DNA of 64,000 nt from Syntrophorhabdaceae bacterium. Lineage in GTDB: Bacteria > Desulfobacterota > Syntrophorhabdia > Syntrophorhabdales > Syntrophorhabdaceae. The notes below the pieces were generated by a model that saw nothing but the letters and a program-made list of their open reading frames with translations, did not search any database and was not told where the DNA came from. Within the stretch, counting starts at the first letter, position 1, and each line of letters opens with the position of its first letter. Shown here piece by piece: positions 20,989-31,760 of the stretch. A program made the translations under genes and the position numbers. The stretch spans positions 1,350,654 to 1,414,653 of the forward strand of contig CAXXUO010000001.1 in the NCBI GenBank assembly GCA_963666485.2. The letters are read 5' to 3'.

Positions 20989-22275
20989 TGAAGAAACTCT
21001 GCATCGCCTTCATATGCGTCATCTGCATCCTGTCCGCATATACCCTCCATGCAAAAGATGTCTATACGGTCAGCATCAACGGGGCGATAAACCCCCCGAT
21101 CGCCGGTTTTCTTGAAAGCTGCCTCAAGAAGGCGGACAAGGACGGCGCAGAGGCGCTCGTCATCCTGCTCGACACCCCGGGAGGGCTCGATTCCTCCATG
21201 CGGGAGATCATCAAGGGAATAATGGATTCCTCTGTCCCTGTCGTCGTCTACGTGGCGCCGTCCGGTGCACGCGCGGCATCGGCGGGGGCGATCATTCTCC
21301 TCGCCTCCCACGTGGCCGCCATGGCGCCGGGGACCAACGCCGGTGCGGCCCATCCGGTCAATATAGGGAAGGAAAAGACCGATGAGGTCATGATGAAAAA
21401 GGTGGTGAAGGATGCCGAGGCCTACGCGAAGAGCATAGCGGCGCAGAGGGGCAGGAGCGTCGATTTCGCCGCAAAGGCCGTGACGGAGAGCATCTCGATC
21501 CCGGCGAGGGACGCGCTCGCGAAAAAGGTCATAGATGTCGTTGCCGACTCCGTCGATGACCTCTTGAGGCAGATCGACGGCAGGAGCGTCTCCACGAAAA
21601 AAGGCACCGTTGTCCTGCACACGAAGGACGCGAAGAAGGTCGCCCTGGCCATGCCCTTCAAATTTCGTTTCCTTGCGTATGTCAGCGACCCGAATGTCGC
21701 ATACATCCTTATGATGCTCGGCATCTACGGTATACTCTTCGAGTTCTACAGCCCGGGAACGATTTTTCCCGGTGTGATTGGCGGCATATGCCTTATCCTT
21801 GCGCTGTATGCCTTTCAGGCGATACCGATCAGCTTTGCAGGCCTTGCGTTGATCCTGCTCGGTATCGTATTTTTTATATTGGAGGTCAAGATCGTGAGGC
21901 CACGGGGCGCTCGGCATCGCCGGCATAATATCTGTCGTCATAGGGTCGCTTATGCTCGTAGACCTTCCCGGAAGCGCCCTGTCGATCTCTATTTCAACCA
22001 TAGTTCTCGTCGCGGTCATTTCGGCCGTGTTCGTTTTTGGTATACTTTCCTTCGCTGTCAGGGCACAATTTCTTAAGGTGAAGACCGGCCGCGAGGGCCT
22101 TGTCGGGGAGACCGGATTTGCCCGCGAGAAATTCACGGCAGGCGGGAAGGGAAAGGTCAATGTACATGGGGAGATCTGGGCCGCTGTAAGCGAAGACGAT
22201 CTGAACGAAGGTGACGAGATCGTTATAGCCTCTGTTGACAGGCTTGTTGTGAAGGTACGTAAAAAAGGAGGGTAG
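20988..22275 (+). pseudogene. nfeD: NfeD family membrane serine protease, split by a +1 frameshift near 21898 (true lesion or sequencing error)
   Basis: LDTPGG, AASAG and MAPGTNAGAAHP in the first frame. Removing one G at 21898-21899 gives IVSHGALGIAGIISVVIGSLML, joining ORF 21952-22275 (TGREGLVG...VHGEIW). Confidence 0.85.
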
Positions 22276-22278
22276 AGC

Positions 22279-23040
22279 ATGGCTTTCTTGTCAATTCCGT
22301 TTCTGTTCATTGTCATAATCGTCATTTTCTTTCTTTTCAGCGCCATCAAGATTCTGAATGAATACGAGAGGGGCGTCATATTCCGGTTAGGACGCGTTCT
22401 CGGTACGCCAAAAGGCCCCGGGCTTATTATCCTCATCCCGATCATCGACAGGATGATCAAGGTGAGCCTGCGGACGGTCGTCCTCGACATTCCGCCGCAG
22501 GACGTCATCACGCGCGACAACGTCTCGATAAAGGTGAACGCGGTTGTGTATTTTCGCGTTGTCGACCCGCTGAAGGCCATAATCGACGTCGAGAACTTCC
22601 TGTACGCAACGAGCCAGCTTTCCCAGACAACCTTGCGGAGCGTCCTCGGGCAGGCGGAGCTTGACGACCTGCTTTCACACAGGGAACAGCTGAACGAAAG
22701 GCTGCAGGAGATCCTCGATACCCATACCGAGCCGTGGGGCATCAAGGTTTCCAATGTCGAAGTAAAGAACGTCGACCTCCCGCAGGAGATGCAGAGGGCC
22801 ATTGCCCGCCAGGCGGAAGCGGAAAGGGAAAGAAGGGCGAAGGTCATCGGGGCCGAGGGCGAATACCAGGCGGCATCGAAACTGGCGGAGGCGTCGGATA
22901 TACTTGCCAGGAACCCGATGTCGCTCCAGCTGCGTTATCTGCAGACGCTGATCGAGATATCAACGGAGAAGAACTCTACGGTCATTTTCCCGTTGCCGAT
23001 AGATATAATAAAGATCTTTGTAGACAAACTAAGCAAGTAA
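22279..23040 (+). CDS. stomatin/SPFH (slipin) family protein
   Basis: [29 protein letters not shown] and [12 protein letters not shown]. Canonical NfeD partner. Confidence 0.93.
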   Translation: MAFLSIPFLFIVIIVIFFLFSAIKILNEYERGVIFRLGRVLGTPKGPGLIILIPIIDRMIKVSLRTVVLDIPPQDVITRDNVSIKVNAVVYFRVVDPLKAIIDVENFLYATSQLSQTTLRSVLGQAELDDLLSHREQLNERLQEILDTHTEPWGIKVSNVEVKNVDLPQEMQRAIARQAEAERERRAKVIGAEGEYQAASKLAEASDILARNPMSLQLRYLQTLIEISTEKNSTVIFPLPIDIIKIFVDKLSK

Positions 23041-23054
23041 AGGAACTCGAATTA

Positions 23055-24242
23055 ATGAAAAAAGTTTTGGTCTCTCTCATCATCGTGTCACTCTGCCTTC
23101 TCGGCACCGCCTATGCGGCGCCAACGAAAAATGCAGGCAAGAAGCCGCAGGCTTCCGTCAAAAAGGCGAAGCAGGTGGATGTGCCTTACAAGGCTTTTAT
23201 AGTCGTGGAGGCGGACGGGGGCAAGATGATCGACGGTGAGAACGTCCACGAGCGGCGGGCCCCCGCGAGCATCACGAAGTTGATGGTGGCGTATGTCGTT
23301 ATGGACAAGCTCGCATCAGGGGCAATAAAATTGACCGATAAGGTCACGATATCAAAACAGGCTTCGCAGATCGGGGGAAGCCAGGTCTACCTGAAAGAGG
23401 GTGAAACATTCACGCTCGAGCAGCTGATGAAGGCCATGATGGTCGCGTCCGCCAATGACGCGGCCTACGCGATCAGCGAGTATGTGGCCGGCAGCAAGGA
23501 TGAGATGGTAAAGCTGATGAACGCGCAGGCAAAAACGCTCGGCCTCAACGACACGGAATTTCACTCAGTCCATGGCCTGCCGCCCTCAAAAGGGGACAAG
23601 GAAGACCTGACATCCTGCAGCGACCTTGTGATCCTTGCGCGGGAGCTCCTCAAGAGCCCGAAGATCCTCGAGTGGACGTCGATACAGACGGATTCATTCC
23701 GCGACGGCAAATTTGTCCTGACGAATACCAATAAACTGCTCGGGAAATTCTCGGGAACGGACGGCCTCAAAACCGGTTTTTATTCCCAGACCGGCTTCAA
23801 TATTGTCGCCACGGCAAAAAGGGGCGACATGCGATTCATAGCCGTTGTCATGGGCAGTCCGTCGGGGAAGGTACGCGACGCGTCGACAATGGAAAAGTTG
23901 CAAAAGGCATTTGCTCAGTATAAAATGATAGGCGTCGTCAAAAAGGGCGAAGTTATAGAGCAGGATGTCTTTCTCGTTGACGGTAAATACAGAAAAATGA
24001 AAGGAGTGGCCGAGAAGAGTTTCCTGTACCCGATGGACATAAACAAAAAGGGTGCAATAACGAAAGAGATCGTCATGCCCGAGAGGGTGAAAGGGGAGAT
24101 CAAGGAAGGGCAGAAACTCGGAGAGCTTGTCGTCAAGCTTGACAACAAGGCGGTCGGCAAGGTGAATATCGTTTCTCCCGTGTTTGTCCCCAAGGCGAAC
24201 CTCTTCACGCGGTTCATCCGGAGACTCGGCCTCAACATCTAA
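23055..24242 (+). CDS. D-alanyl-D-alanine carboxypeptidase (PBP5/DacA family)
   Basis: Signal peptide, PASITKLM (SxxK), SAND (SxN) and GLKTGF (KTG). Confidence 0.92.
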   Translation: MKKVLVSLIIVSLCLLGTAYAAPTKNAGKKPQASVKKAKQVDVPYKAFIVVEADGGKMIDGENVHERRAPASITKLMVAYVVMDKLASGAIKLTDKVTISKQASQIGGSQVYLKEGETFTLEQLMKAMMVASANDAAYAISEYVAGSKDEMVKLMNAQAKTLGLNDTEFHSVHGLPPSKGDKEDLTSCSDLVILARELLKSPKILEWTSIQTDSFRDGKFVLTNTNKLLGKFSGTDGLKTGFYSQTGFNIVATAKRGDMRFIAVVMGSPSGKVRDASTMEKLQKAFAQYKMIGVVKKGEVIEQDVFLVDGKYRKMKGVAEKSFLYPMDINKKGAITKEIVMPERVKGEIKEGQKLGELVVKLDNKAVGKVNIVSPVFVPKANLFTRFIRRLGLNI

Positions 24243-24243
24243 A

Positions 24244-25488
24244 ATGATAGAACCCCAGTTCAGCAAACTTCGCAACAAGGAGATCATCGTCGGGATCACC
24301 GGCGGGATCGCGGCATACAAGACGGCGGAACTTATCAGGCTGCTGACCAGGCGGGGCGCCAACGTCCACGTCGTCATGACGAAGAACGCGATGCAGTTCG
24401 TGACGCCGCTGACCTTCCAGACGCTGTCGGGCAACCCGGTCATCCACGAGATGTTCGAGCTTTTCAGGGGTTCGAAGATAGGCCATATCGCTTTATCAGA
24501 CATAGCGGACCTTCTCCTTATTGCGCCGGCGACCGCGAATATCATCGGCAAGATAGCGAACGGCATCGCAGACGACTTCCTGACCACGATGGTCATGGCG
24601 ACCACGGTGCCCGTCTTTTTCGTGCCGTCGATGAACACCAAGATGTGGTCGAGTAAAATGGTCCAGGCGAACATGGTCAGGCTGCGCGAAGCGGGCTATG
24701 AGGTCATGGAGCCTGCGAGCGGGGACTTGGCCTGCGGCACGGAAGGCAAGGGCCGCCTGCCGAGCATCGAGGAAATAGTCGAGCGCGTCGAGGAGATCTT
24801 CACCGAAAAAGACCTGACATCAGAGAGGATCCTCGTGACCGCCGGGCCCACCACGGAATATATCGATCCCGTGCGGTGCATCACGAACAGGTCGTCGGGG
24901 AAGATGGGCTACGCGATCGCCAAGATGGCGCGCAGGCGCGGGGCGGAGGTCATGATCATCTCGGGGCCGACGTCGATACCGGTCCCGCGGGACGATATCA
25001 GGGTCATCCCCGTTGTGACGGCGGTTGAAATGCGCGACGCCGTCATGCGGTTCTACAAGGATTGCAGCGTGGTGATCAAGGCGGCAGCCGTGGCCGATTT
25101 CAAGTGTGCGACCGAGAACTGCCAGAAGATAAAGAAGAAAGGCGATGTCAACCGTGTCATGCTCGAGCTCGAAAAGAACCCCGATATCATCGGCGAGCTG
25201 TGCCAGGTCAAAGGACACAGGGTCGTCGTCGGTTTCGCGGCGGAGACGGAGAACATCATCGAGCATGCCGTCGATAAACTGAAGCGGAAAGACCTCGATC
25301 TCATCATTGCAAACAACGTTGCCCAGGAAGGGATCGGGTTCGGTTCCGAGCAGAACGAGGTGACCATCATCGACCGGTCAGGCACGACGAAACAGGTGCC
25401 GCGGATGAGCAAGGATGAGATCGCGAACATCATATTGGATTCCGTAAAGAAACTGATCAAGAAGCGCCGCAGGATCGGGGAAGGATGA
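24244..25488 (+). CDS. coaBC: bifunctional PPC decarboxylase / PPC synthetase
   Basis: GITGGIAAYK, APATAN, PSMNTKM, LACG..GKGR, TAGPT.EYIDPVR.ITNRSSGKMG and GFAAET. Confidence 0.96.
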   Translation: MIEPQFSKLRNKEIIVGITGGIAAYKTAELIRLLTRRGANVHVVMTKNAMQFVTPLTFQTLSGNPVIHEMFELFRGSKIGHIALSDIADLLLIAPATANIIGKIANGIADDFLTTMVMATTVPVFFVPSMNTKMWSSKMVQANMVRLREAGYEVMEPASGDLACGTEGKGRLPSIEEIVERVEEIFTEKDLTSERILVTAGPTTEYIDPVRCITNRSSGKMGYAIAKMARRRGAEVMIISGPTSIPVPRDDIRVIPVVTAVEMRDAVMRFYKDCSVVIKAAAVADFKCATENCQKIKKKGDVNRVMLELEKNPDIIGELCQVKGHRVVVGFAAETENIIEHAVDKLKRKDLDLIIANNVAQEGIGFGSEQNEVTIIDRSGTTKQVPRMSKDEIANIILDSVKKLIKKRRRIGEG

Positions 25489-26858
25489 TCCGCAGAATGG
25501 CGGGGATTGCCCGCGCATTCTTTATTTTCCTCTTTTTCATCAGCGCATTCCTCTGCGTCTCCCAGGACATACACGCACAGGCGGGCCGCCAGGCCGATGA
25601 CCGGATAGCGGACGTTGTCGAGGTGGCGGGCAGGGCGATCGTCAACATCAAGACCGAAGAGGTCTTGAAGACGGAAACTGACGAGAAGAAGTCGGCGCCT
25701 CCCTCCATTTTCAAGAAATATTTCTCCTCCGAGGACGAGGTTGAAGAACTCGTGGAGAACATCGGTTCCGGGGTTGTCGTTGATCCGAAAGGGATCATCG
25801 TGACCAACGAACACCTCATCGCCCGCGCAATAAACATCCGGGTAAAATTTATCAATGGCAAAGAATACGAGGCGTATGTTCTCGGCAGTGATCCCGAGTA
25901 TGACATCGCGCTTTTGAAGATCGTATCGGACCGGACCGATTTCCCGCACCTCACGATAACCCCCCGCAAGGTCCGCGTCGGGGAAAGAGCCATAGTGATC
26001 GGGAACCCCTACGGCCTTTCCAGCTCTGTTTCGCTGGGGGTGGTGAGTGCTCTCGGCAGAAACCTCAGGATCGATAACAAGATATACGCGAATCTCATCC
26101 AGACCGATGCCGCAATCAACCCCGGTAACTCGGGCGGTGTACTGCTCGATCTCAGTGGCACGCCAATAGGCATCGTCACGGCGATCTATGGTGAGGGCAA
26201 AGGGATAGGTTTCGCCATCCCCATGGAAGACGTCATGACGATCCTCTCCGAGTTTGTCGAAAGCAAGGCGACCCGCCCCATCCTCGGCCTTTTCATAGAG
26301 CGTCAGAAGGAAGAGAAAAAGAACTATCTCCTCGTGAGCAGGATCATCCCGGGGAGCCCGGCTGAGAAATACGGGTTCAACGTCGGGGACAAGATCACGG
26401 AGGTCAACAAGCGCCCGATCCGGGAGTCTCTCAAGATCCAGAGTGCGATCCGCTCCGCGACATCGAAGGATACATTCCAGCTGCGCCTCGTTCGCAACAA
26501 TAAGAAATATGTCGTGAACATCGACGTGGCCGAGATCAGCGACTATACACCCCGGCCGGTCGACCAGGTCCTGTGCGGCATGAAGGTGTCGGACATAGCC
26601 GGCTACCCCAAGCTCAAATACCGCTTGAGGGACAAGAACGGCGTGGTTGTCGTCAAGGTCTTCGCCGGGAGCATCGCCGCGAAGGCAGGCCTGAAAAAAG
26701 GCGATGTCATCGTCAAGATAAACAATAATCCCGTCAAGAACAATAAAGAATTTGACACCTACATGATCGAAGGATTAAAAAGGAATTATATTCTCTATCA
26801 GGTAAAGAGGGACGACAGCCTGTTCTTCTTGCCGGTAAAACTCGACACACTTTTATAG
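25485..26858 (+). CDS. HtrA/DegP family serine protease with two PDZ domains
   Basis: GSGVVV, TNEHLI, DIALLKI and QTDAAINPGNSGG. Confidence 0.92.
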   Translation: MIRRMAGIARAFFIFLFFISAFLCVSQDIHAQAGRQADDRIADVVEVAGRAIVNIKTEEVLKTETDEKKSAPPSIFKKYFSSEDEVEELVENIGSGVVVDPKGIIVTNEHLIARAINIRVKFINGKEYEAYVLGSDPEYDIALLKIVSDRTDFPHLTITPRKVRVGERAIVIGNPYGLSSSVSLGVVSALGRNLRIDNKIYANLIQTDAAINPGNSGGVLLDLSGTPIGIVTAIYGEGKGIGFAIPMEDVMTILSEFVESKATRPILGLFIERQKEEKKNYLLVSRIIPGSPAEKYGFNVGDKITEVNKRPIRESLKIQSAIRSATSKDTFQLRLVRNNKKYVVNIDVAEISDYTPRPVDQVLCGMKVSDIAGYPKLKYRLRDKNGVVVVKVFAGSIAAKAGLKKGDVIVKINNNPVKNNKEFDTYMIEGLKRNYILYQVKRDDSLFFLPVKLDTLL

Positions 26859-26868
26859 GGGGTTTTCA

Positions 26869-27186
26869 ATGGCCGAACTGGATGATATAAAGAAGCAGGT
26901 TCAGGAAGAGGTAGGCACGACGGCAACAGAAAAGGCGGAGTTCCCCGGGCTCAATTTCTCGACGTTCCTCCTGTCACTGTCCACATCGGCCCTCGTATCC
27001 TTAGGTGAACTGCCCGACCCGATAAAGAACGAAAGCAATATCAATCTCTTGCTCGCCCAGCAGACCATCACCATCATTGAGATACTCAAAGAAAAAACGA
27101 TGGGAAACCTCACCCCGGAGGAAGACCGGCTCATTGACGGGATCCTTTATGATCTGCATATCAAGTATGTGGGGGCGGCGAAGTAA
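26869..27186 (+). CDS. DUF1844 family protein
   Basis: FSTFLLSL..SALVSLGELPDP and EKTMGNLTPEE..L...LYDL pattern. Confidence 0.8.
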   Translation: MAELDDIKKQVQEEVGTTATEKAEFPGLNFSTFLLSLSTSALVSLGELPDPIKNESNINLLLAQQTITIIEILKEKTMGNLTPEEDRLIDGILYDLHIKYVGAAK

Positions 27187-27190
27187 AATT

Positions 27191-27425
27191 ACGGCGTACG
27201 GCTAACGGCGTACGGCTAACGGAAAAACAGCCCCCGCCCGTCATTCCCGCGAAAGACGCGATCCGCTCCACCCCATCATATCCGCCAAGGCGGGAATCCC
27301 CCCCAACCCCGTCATTCCGGCGGAGGCCGGAATCCAGTGTCTTTGCCTTTGTTGAAATAAAAAGCCGCCTGAAATCAGGCGGCCTTATTTTTTTTTGTCT
27401 TTTCGTTAGCCGTTAGCCGTTAGCC
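27191..27425. repeat. composite intergenic repeat: heptamer inverted arrays, CGTC REPs and terminator
   Basis: (acggcgt/acggcta)n at 27191-27222 and (cgttagc)n at 27404-27425. REPs at 27239 and 27310-27337. Hairpin gccgcctg-aaat-caggcggc. Confidence 0.75.
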
Positions 27426-28720
27426 TATCCCCCATACACCCTTTTAAAGATCGCATCCACATGCCTGAAGTAGTGCTCGTTCGTGCACGTCTCCTCGATC
27501 TCTTTCTCACTGAGGTATTCCCGCAGCGGGGCGTCCTTTTTCAACTCCGTCACGAAATCAAGACCGCCCTCATAGCAGCGCATCGCGACGGCCTGCGTGA
27601 CCTTGTATGCGTCCTGCCTTGTGAGACCTTTCTTGATAAGTGCGATGAGTATGGCCTCGGAATGGTACAGGCCCTTCGTGATGTCGAGGTTCTTCTGCAT
27701 CTTTTCGGGATACACGATGAGGTTTTTGAAGACGTTCTTGACGCGCTCGAGAGCGTAGTCGAGTGCGATCGTGGCGTCGGGGGCGATGACGCGCTCAACC
27801 GACGAGTGGCTGATGTCGCGTTCGTGCCAGAGCGGGACGTTTTCGAGGGATGACATGGCGTAGCCGTGGAGAAGGCGCGCCATCCCGCACAGGTTTTCCG
27901 ATGCGATGGGATTTCTTTTGTGGGGCATCGCGGATGAGCCGGTCTGGCCCTTCCTGAAGAATTCTTCCGCTTCCCCGACCTCCGTCCTCTGGAGGTTCCT
28001 CACTTCCATGGACATTTTCTCGATGGTCGATCCGACAATGGCGAGCGTCGTGAAGAACTCCGCATAATTGTCGCGGGGCACTATCTGCGAGGAGATCGGG
28101 CACGGCACGAGTCCCAGTTTTTTACAGACGTATTCCTCGACAAACGGCGGAACATGCGCGTACGTCCCGACGGCGCCTGATATCTTTGCGTACCGGACCC
28201 GTTCCTTTGCAGCCTTCATGCGCTCGAGGTTGCGGCGCATCTCGTCGTAGAAATGGGTTATCTTGAGCCCGAACGTAACAGGCTCCGCATGAATGCCGTG
28301 CGTCCTGCCGATCGCGGGCATATCCTTTGTGGCATAGGCCTTTTCCTTGAGCACGTCCATGAGGGCAGCGACATCCTCGATGAGGATATCGGCCGCCTCG
28401 ACAAGCTGGCATGCGAACGCGGTGTCGAGAATATCGGACGATGTCACGCCCATATGGATATATTTTGACGACGGTCCGACATATTCCGCGACATTTTCGA
28501 TAAAGGCCACCACATCATGACGTGTGCGCTCTTCGATCTCGAGGACGCGTGCGACCTCGAACTGCGCCTTGTCCTTTATATTCTTCATATCGTCAGCGGG
28601 GATGACATTGAGCTGTGTATAAGCCTCGCAGATAAGCACCTCGATATCGAGCCACTTCTGGTATTTATTCTGGTCCGTCCAAACCCCGGCCATTCTCTCG
28701 CGCGTATATCGTTCTATCAT
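27425..28720 (-). CDS. purB: adenylosuccinate lyase
   Basis: MIERY, TRHDVVAF, GRTHGIHAEP, GSSAMPHKRNP and WHERDISHSSVER. Confidence 0.97.
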   Translation of the reverse strand: MIERYTRERMAGVWTDQNKYQKWLDIEVLICEAYTQLNVIPADDMKNIKDKAQFEVARVLEIEERTRHDVVAFIENVAEYVGPSSKYIHMGVTSSDILDTAFACQLVEAADILIEDVAALMDVLKEKAYATKDMPAIGRTHGIHAEPVTFGLKITHFYDEMRRNLERMKAAKERVRYAKISGAVGTYAHVPPFVEEYVCKKLGLVPCPISSQIVPRDNYAEFFTTLAIVGSTIEKMSMEVRNLQRTEVGEAEEFFRKGQTGSSAMPHKRNPIASENLCGMARLLHGYAMSSLENVPLWHERDISHSSVERVIAPDATIALDYALERVKNVFKNLIVYPEKMQKNLDITKGLYHSEAILIALIKKGLTRQDAYKVTQAVAMRCYEGGLDFVTELKKDAPLREYLSEKEIEETCTNEHYFRHVDAIFKRVYGG

Positions 28721-28775
28721 CCGCCAATAACCTCCGCTTTATGATCTTTCGCCATCACCCGTTACCTATTGTCTA

Positions 28776-29249
28776 TCACCCTTCTTCTTTCGGAAAAAAC
28801 TTCTTCGCCAGTTCCCGGATCATGGGATGCGATTTCTTCGATCGTATCGGCTTCCACTCATCGCTGATGCCCGGCAGGAGTGCGGCCATCGCCTCCGTGA
28901 TGATGCACGCCTCACCCAGTTCCTTATCCTTCGCATCGTAATCCCCGGCGGGCAGGACCCGGCAGACCATCTGTTTCAGATCTATCTCGGCAAGGCACAG
29001 GGAATACCTGTACGACTTGTAGCCGGCGACGGGCAGCGACCTTTTCTTGCGCTCTTCCAGGTAACGGGCTGCATCCTCTTTTTTCTTCAACACGATGGAT
29101 ACAAAAACCCCGAACCGGGTGGGCAGGGGACGATAACAGTCGGGTGATGCATAAAGACCGTCTTCGTCCGCCTCCGTATCGATGATCTGGTCGAGGTCGC
29201 AGAATACGCTTATATTGTCGTCTTCATAGAAGTGTTTCCAGTTCCACAT
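28776..29249 (-). CDS. hypothetical protein
   Basis: 157-aa ORF with RBS aaggag, co-oriented in the operon upstream of purB. Confidence 0.65.
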   Translation of the reverse strand: MWNWKHFYEDDNISVFCDLDQIIDTEADEDGLYASPDCYRPLPTRFGVFVSIVLKKKEDAARYLEERKKRSLPVAGYKSYRYSLCLAEIDLKQMVCRVLPAGDYDAKDKELGEACIITEAMAALLPGISDEWKPIRSKKSHPMIRELAKKFFPKEEG

Positions 29250-29262
29250 GTGTTACGTCTCC

Positions 29263-29757
29263 TTACTCGTTCCAATCCATGACGGTAATTGTCTGGAAAT
29301 TGCCGACATGGATGCAGCTCGTTATATCGACAACGACCAGGGCCGTTGTCGACGCATTGATAAATTCTTCGAGGTCCGGGTGTTTTTTCAAAAATATCCC
29401 GGCATACTCCAGCCACGACCTGCCGCGCTTGAGGGGCGCCGCCTTCCCGAGTATCGTTATCGCCTGGGTCTCGATGAATCCCTTATTTTTCTTCGACCGG
29501 TTGTCAACGAGGATAGCCACGTCTTTCGTATCCGTGAGGTTCTTGAACTTGCGGGTGTTCTTCGGCGTCGCAAACAGGACCTTCGTGAGGTCAGGCGTCA
29601 CGGCGAAGGAGATAAGCGATGTGTAGGGCTTCCCGTTTTCGCTTGTCGCGAGCACCGCGAAGGATTCTCCGGCATCCATCGCCCGCAGTTTTTTTGCGAC
29701 GTCGGCAGCACCTTTTTCCGTTACGCTCGGGATCTTTTTCTTCTCGGGCATATTCAC
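29263..29757 (-). CDS. pyridoxamine 5'-phosphate oxidase-like FMN-binding protein
   Basis: FAVLAT...PYTSLISF and FATPKNTRKFKNL...VAILVDNR. Confidence 0.85.
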   Translation of the reverse strand: MNMPEKKKIPSVTEKGAADVAKKLRAMDAGESFAVLATSENGKPYTSLISFAVTPDLTKVLFATPKNTRKFKNLTDTKDVAILVDNRSKKNKGFIETQAITILGKAAPLKRGRSWLEYAGIFLKKHPDLEEFINASTTALVVVDITSCIHVGNFQTITVMDWNE

Positions 29758-29788
29758 CGGTCCTTTCTTGTTTTCGTTATCCGATCGG

Positions 29789-31129
29789 CTAAAACGTCTC
29801 TATGTACCTTTTTATATTGAACTTAGACGCGCACCCATTATAACTCATGAACCGGATTTTACCAAAAACATTTCGTTCGCTCCACGGCCTGTCATGAACC
29901 CCCCCTATACTCCACGCTATTCCCGTGTACCCGTTCGGGTCCCGCCCGTCAAGGAAGTACCGGTCATTGAGGTAGATCGCCGCAGTGAGAGCTTCTTCCG
30001 GGGATGGTGTCCATTCCAGTATTTTCTTGGCCCAGTACATCCTCATGTAGCCGTGCATCGTTCCCGTCCGGGCCATCCGGGTTTGAGCGGCATTCCACAG
30101 CGGATCGTGTGTCGCCGCGGATTCCAGTTCATCCCGCGAATAAAGATATGCCCGTTTGTCGCGGCGGTGATCATCGAGCGTCTTCTTTGCCCAATCCGGG
30201 AAGGCGTCGAAGCTATCGTAGTTCGGGGTGTAGAGACAATAATTGTCGGAAAGCTCCCGGCGGACGATAAGCTCCTCTAGGAACGCATCTTTCGCCGCAC
30301 TGTCCGCACGGCATTTTCTCACCTCGAGTGCGACGCGCTGTGCCGAGATCTGCCCGAAATGGAGATAGGGCGACAGATGCGACACGGCGTCGCGGGTCGG
30401 GTCATTGCGTTCGGTCGCGTACCGGTCGAGGTGATCGAGAAAAGACGACAATCTGGCCTGTGCCGCTTCCTCGCCCGCGACAATATCCGGCACTTCGGGG
30501 ACTGAAACATCGACTTTCAATTGGCGTAAGAGACCTTCGGGATCAACCGGACGTCCTTGCAGGCTGGACCGATAAGGGTGTTTTTGCACGGCCGGTATTT
30601 CATCGAGAAAAATTGGCAGAAGCTTCGTGATCTTTTTCCTGATCGTGTACGCCCCGTATTCCCGTTTACCGGATGCGCGCCTGCAGGGCACTATGTTGTG
30701 GGCATCGACCTCGTAAAACGGGATATCGATCTTCCGTGCGACCTCCTCTTTCCATTGTTTCTTGATGCGAAGCGGGTCGAAATCCGTAACAAGGAATGAT
30801 ATCCCGTTCTTCGCAACGAACTCGGGCAGGCTATCGCCGGGTTTGCCCGACAGAATGAAGAAAGGTATGGCAAGGCCTTTTAATCTTTCAGCGACCTCTT
30901 TGAGCCCATGAAGCATAAAAGCATACTGCCTGCGGGCCGCACCGAGAAAAGAATCCGACAGGGTGAACACGACGACAAGAGGGAGACCTGCACGAAGGGC
31001 GGTCTCCTGCGCGAATATGAGCGCCCAGTTGTCCGACACCCGCTCGTCGCGGCTCATCCACAGGGCAACGCATCCGGAAGAGGCTTCGCCCTGCCTTAAC
31101 GGAAATATCCTGTCCTCAAGGCTGTTCAT
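29789..31129 (-). CDS. phr: class II CPD deoxyribodipyrimidine photolyase
   Basis: WMSRDER..DNWAL, SHLSPYLHFGQIS, EELIVRRELSDN, MHGYMRMYWAKKILEW and DGRDPNGY. Confidence 0.95.
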   Translation of the reverse strand: MNSLEDRIFPLRQGEASSGCVALWMSRDERVSDNWALIFAQETALRAGLPLVVVFTLSDSFLGAARRQYAFMLHGLKEVAERLKGLAIPFFILSGKPGDSLPEFVAKNGISFLVTDFDPLRIKKQWKEEVARKIDIPFYEVDAHNIVPCRRASGKREYGAYTIRKKITKLLPIFLDEIPAVQKHPYRSSLQGRPVDPEGLLRQLKVDVSVPEVPDIVAGEEAAQARLSSFLDHLDRYATERNDPTRDAVSHLSPYLHFGQISAQRVALEVRKCRADSAAKDAFLEELIVRRELSDNYCLYTPNYDSFDAFPDWAKKTLDDHRRDKRAYLYSRDELESAATHDPLWNAAQTRMARTGTMHGYMRMYWAKKILEWTPSPEEALTAAIYLNDRYFLDGRDPNGYTGIAWSIGGVHDRPWSERNVFGKIRFMSYNGCASKFNIKRYIETF

Positions 31130-31200
31130 ATCGTATTCTATAACAAATTTCGGATTCTTTGTTATAATACCAGACAGACACTATAAAAAGGGAGGGACTT

Positions 31201-31587
31201 ATGAAGTTGAGCGAATATTTTGAAAATACCAAGGGGAGAGGGGTCCTGGCGACAGCGGATTCAAAGGGGATCGTGGACGCGGCGGTCTATTCGCGGCCTC
31301 ATTTTGTCGATGAAGATACAGCGGTGTGGATCATGACGGACAGGCTGACGCATGCCAATCTCCAGTCGAATCCGCATGCCGCATATATATTTGCCGAGGC
31401 GAAGGAGAACGAATTTGTCGGCAAGCGCCTCTACCTCACGAAGATCAAGGAAGAAAGCGATCCGGCGAAGATAGACCAGTTCAGGTGGCGCGCGACATAC
31501 AAAATACCGGACGAACAGAAGAACGAGAAACGCTTTGTCGTCTATTTTCACGTTGATAAGGTCCTGCCCCTGATCGGAGTGAAATAA
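31201..31587 (+). CDS. pyridoxamine 5'-phosphate oxidase family protein
   Basis: GVLATADS.G.VDAAVYSRPH, DRLTHANLQSNPHAAY and GKRLYL. Confidence 0.82.
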   Translation: MKLSEYFENTKGRGVLATADSKGIVDAAVYSRPHFVDEDTAVWIMTDRLTHANLQSNPHAAYIFAEAKENEFVGKRLYLTKIKEESDPAKIDQFRWRATYKIPDEQKNEKRFVVYFHVDKVLPLIGVK

Positions 31588-31589
31588 CT

Positions 31590-31760
31590 TTGACGGAACA
31601 TCATCACGACCATGGCAGGCCCAACGCCCGGGCCTTCTTGACGAACCTCAAGGCAGATATGCCTCTCGGCAGAAAGATCTGGCTCCTGTTCCGCAACAAT
31701 ATGAAGAAGATCCTGACGATGCGGAACTGCTGCGGGCATCCGGGCGAACCGGGCTGCTGA
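31590..31760 (+). CDS. small protein (56 aa) ending CCGHPGEPGC, absent from the ORF track
   Basis: TTG start 10 nt after ggag. Translation MTEHHHDHGRPNARAFLTNLKADMPLGRKIWLLFRNNMKKILTMRNCCGHPGEPGC*. Confidence 0.6.
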   Translation: MTEHHHDHGRPNARAFLTNLKADMPLGRKIWLLFRNNMKKILTMRNCCGHPGEPGC

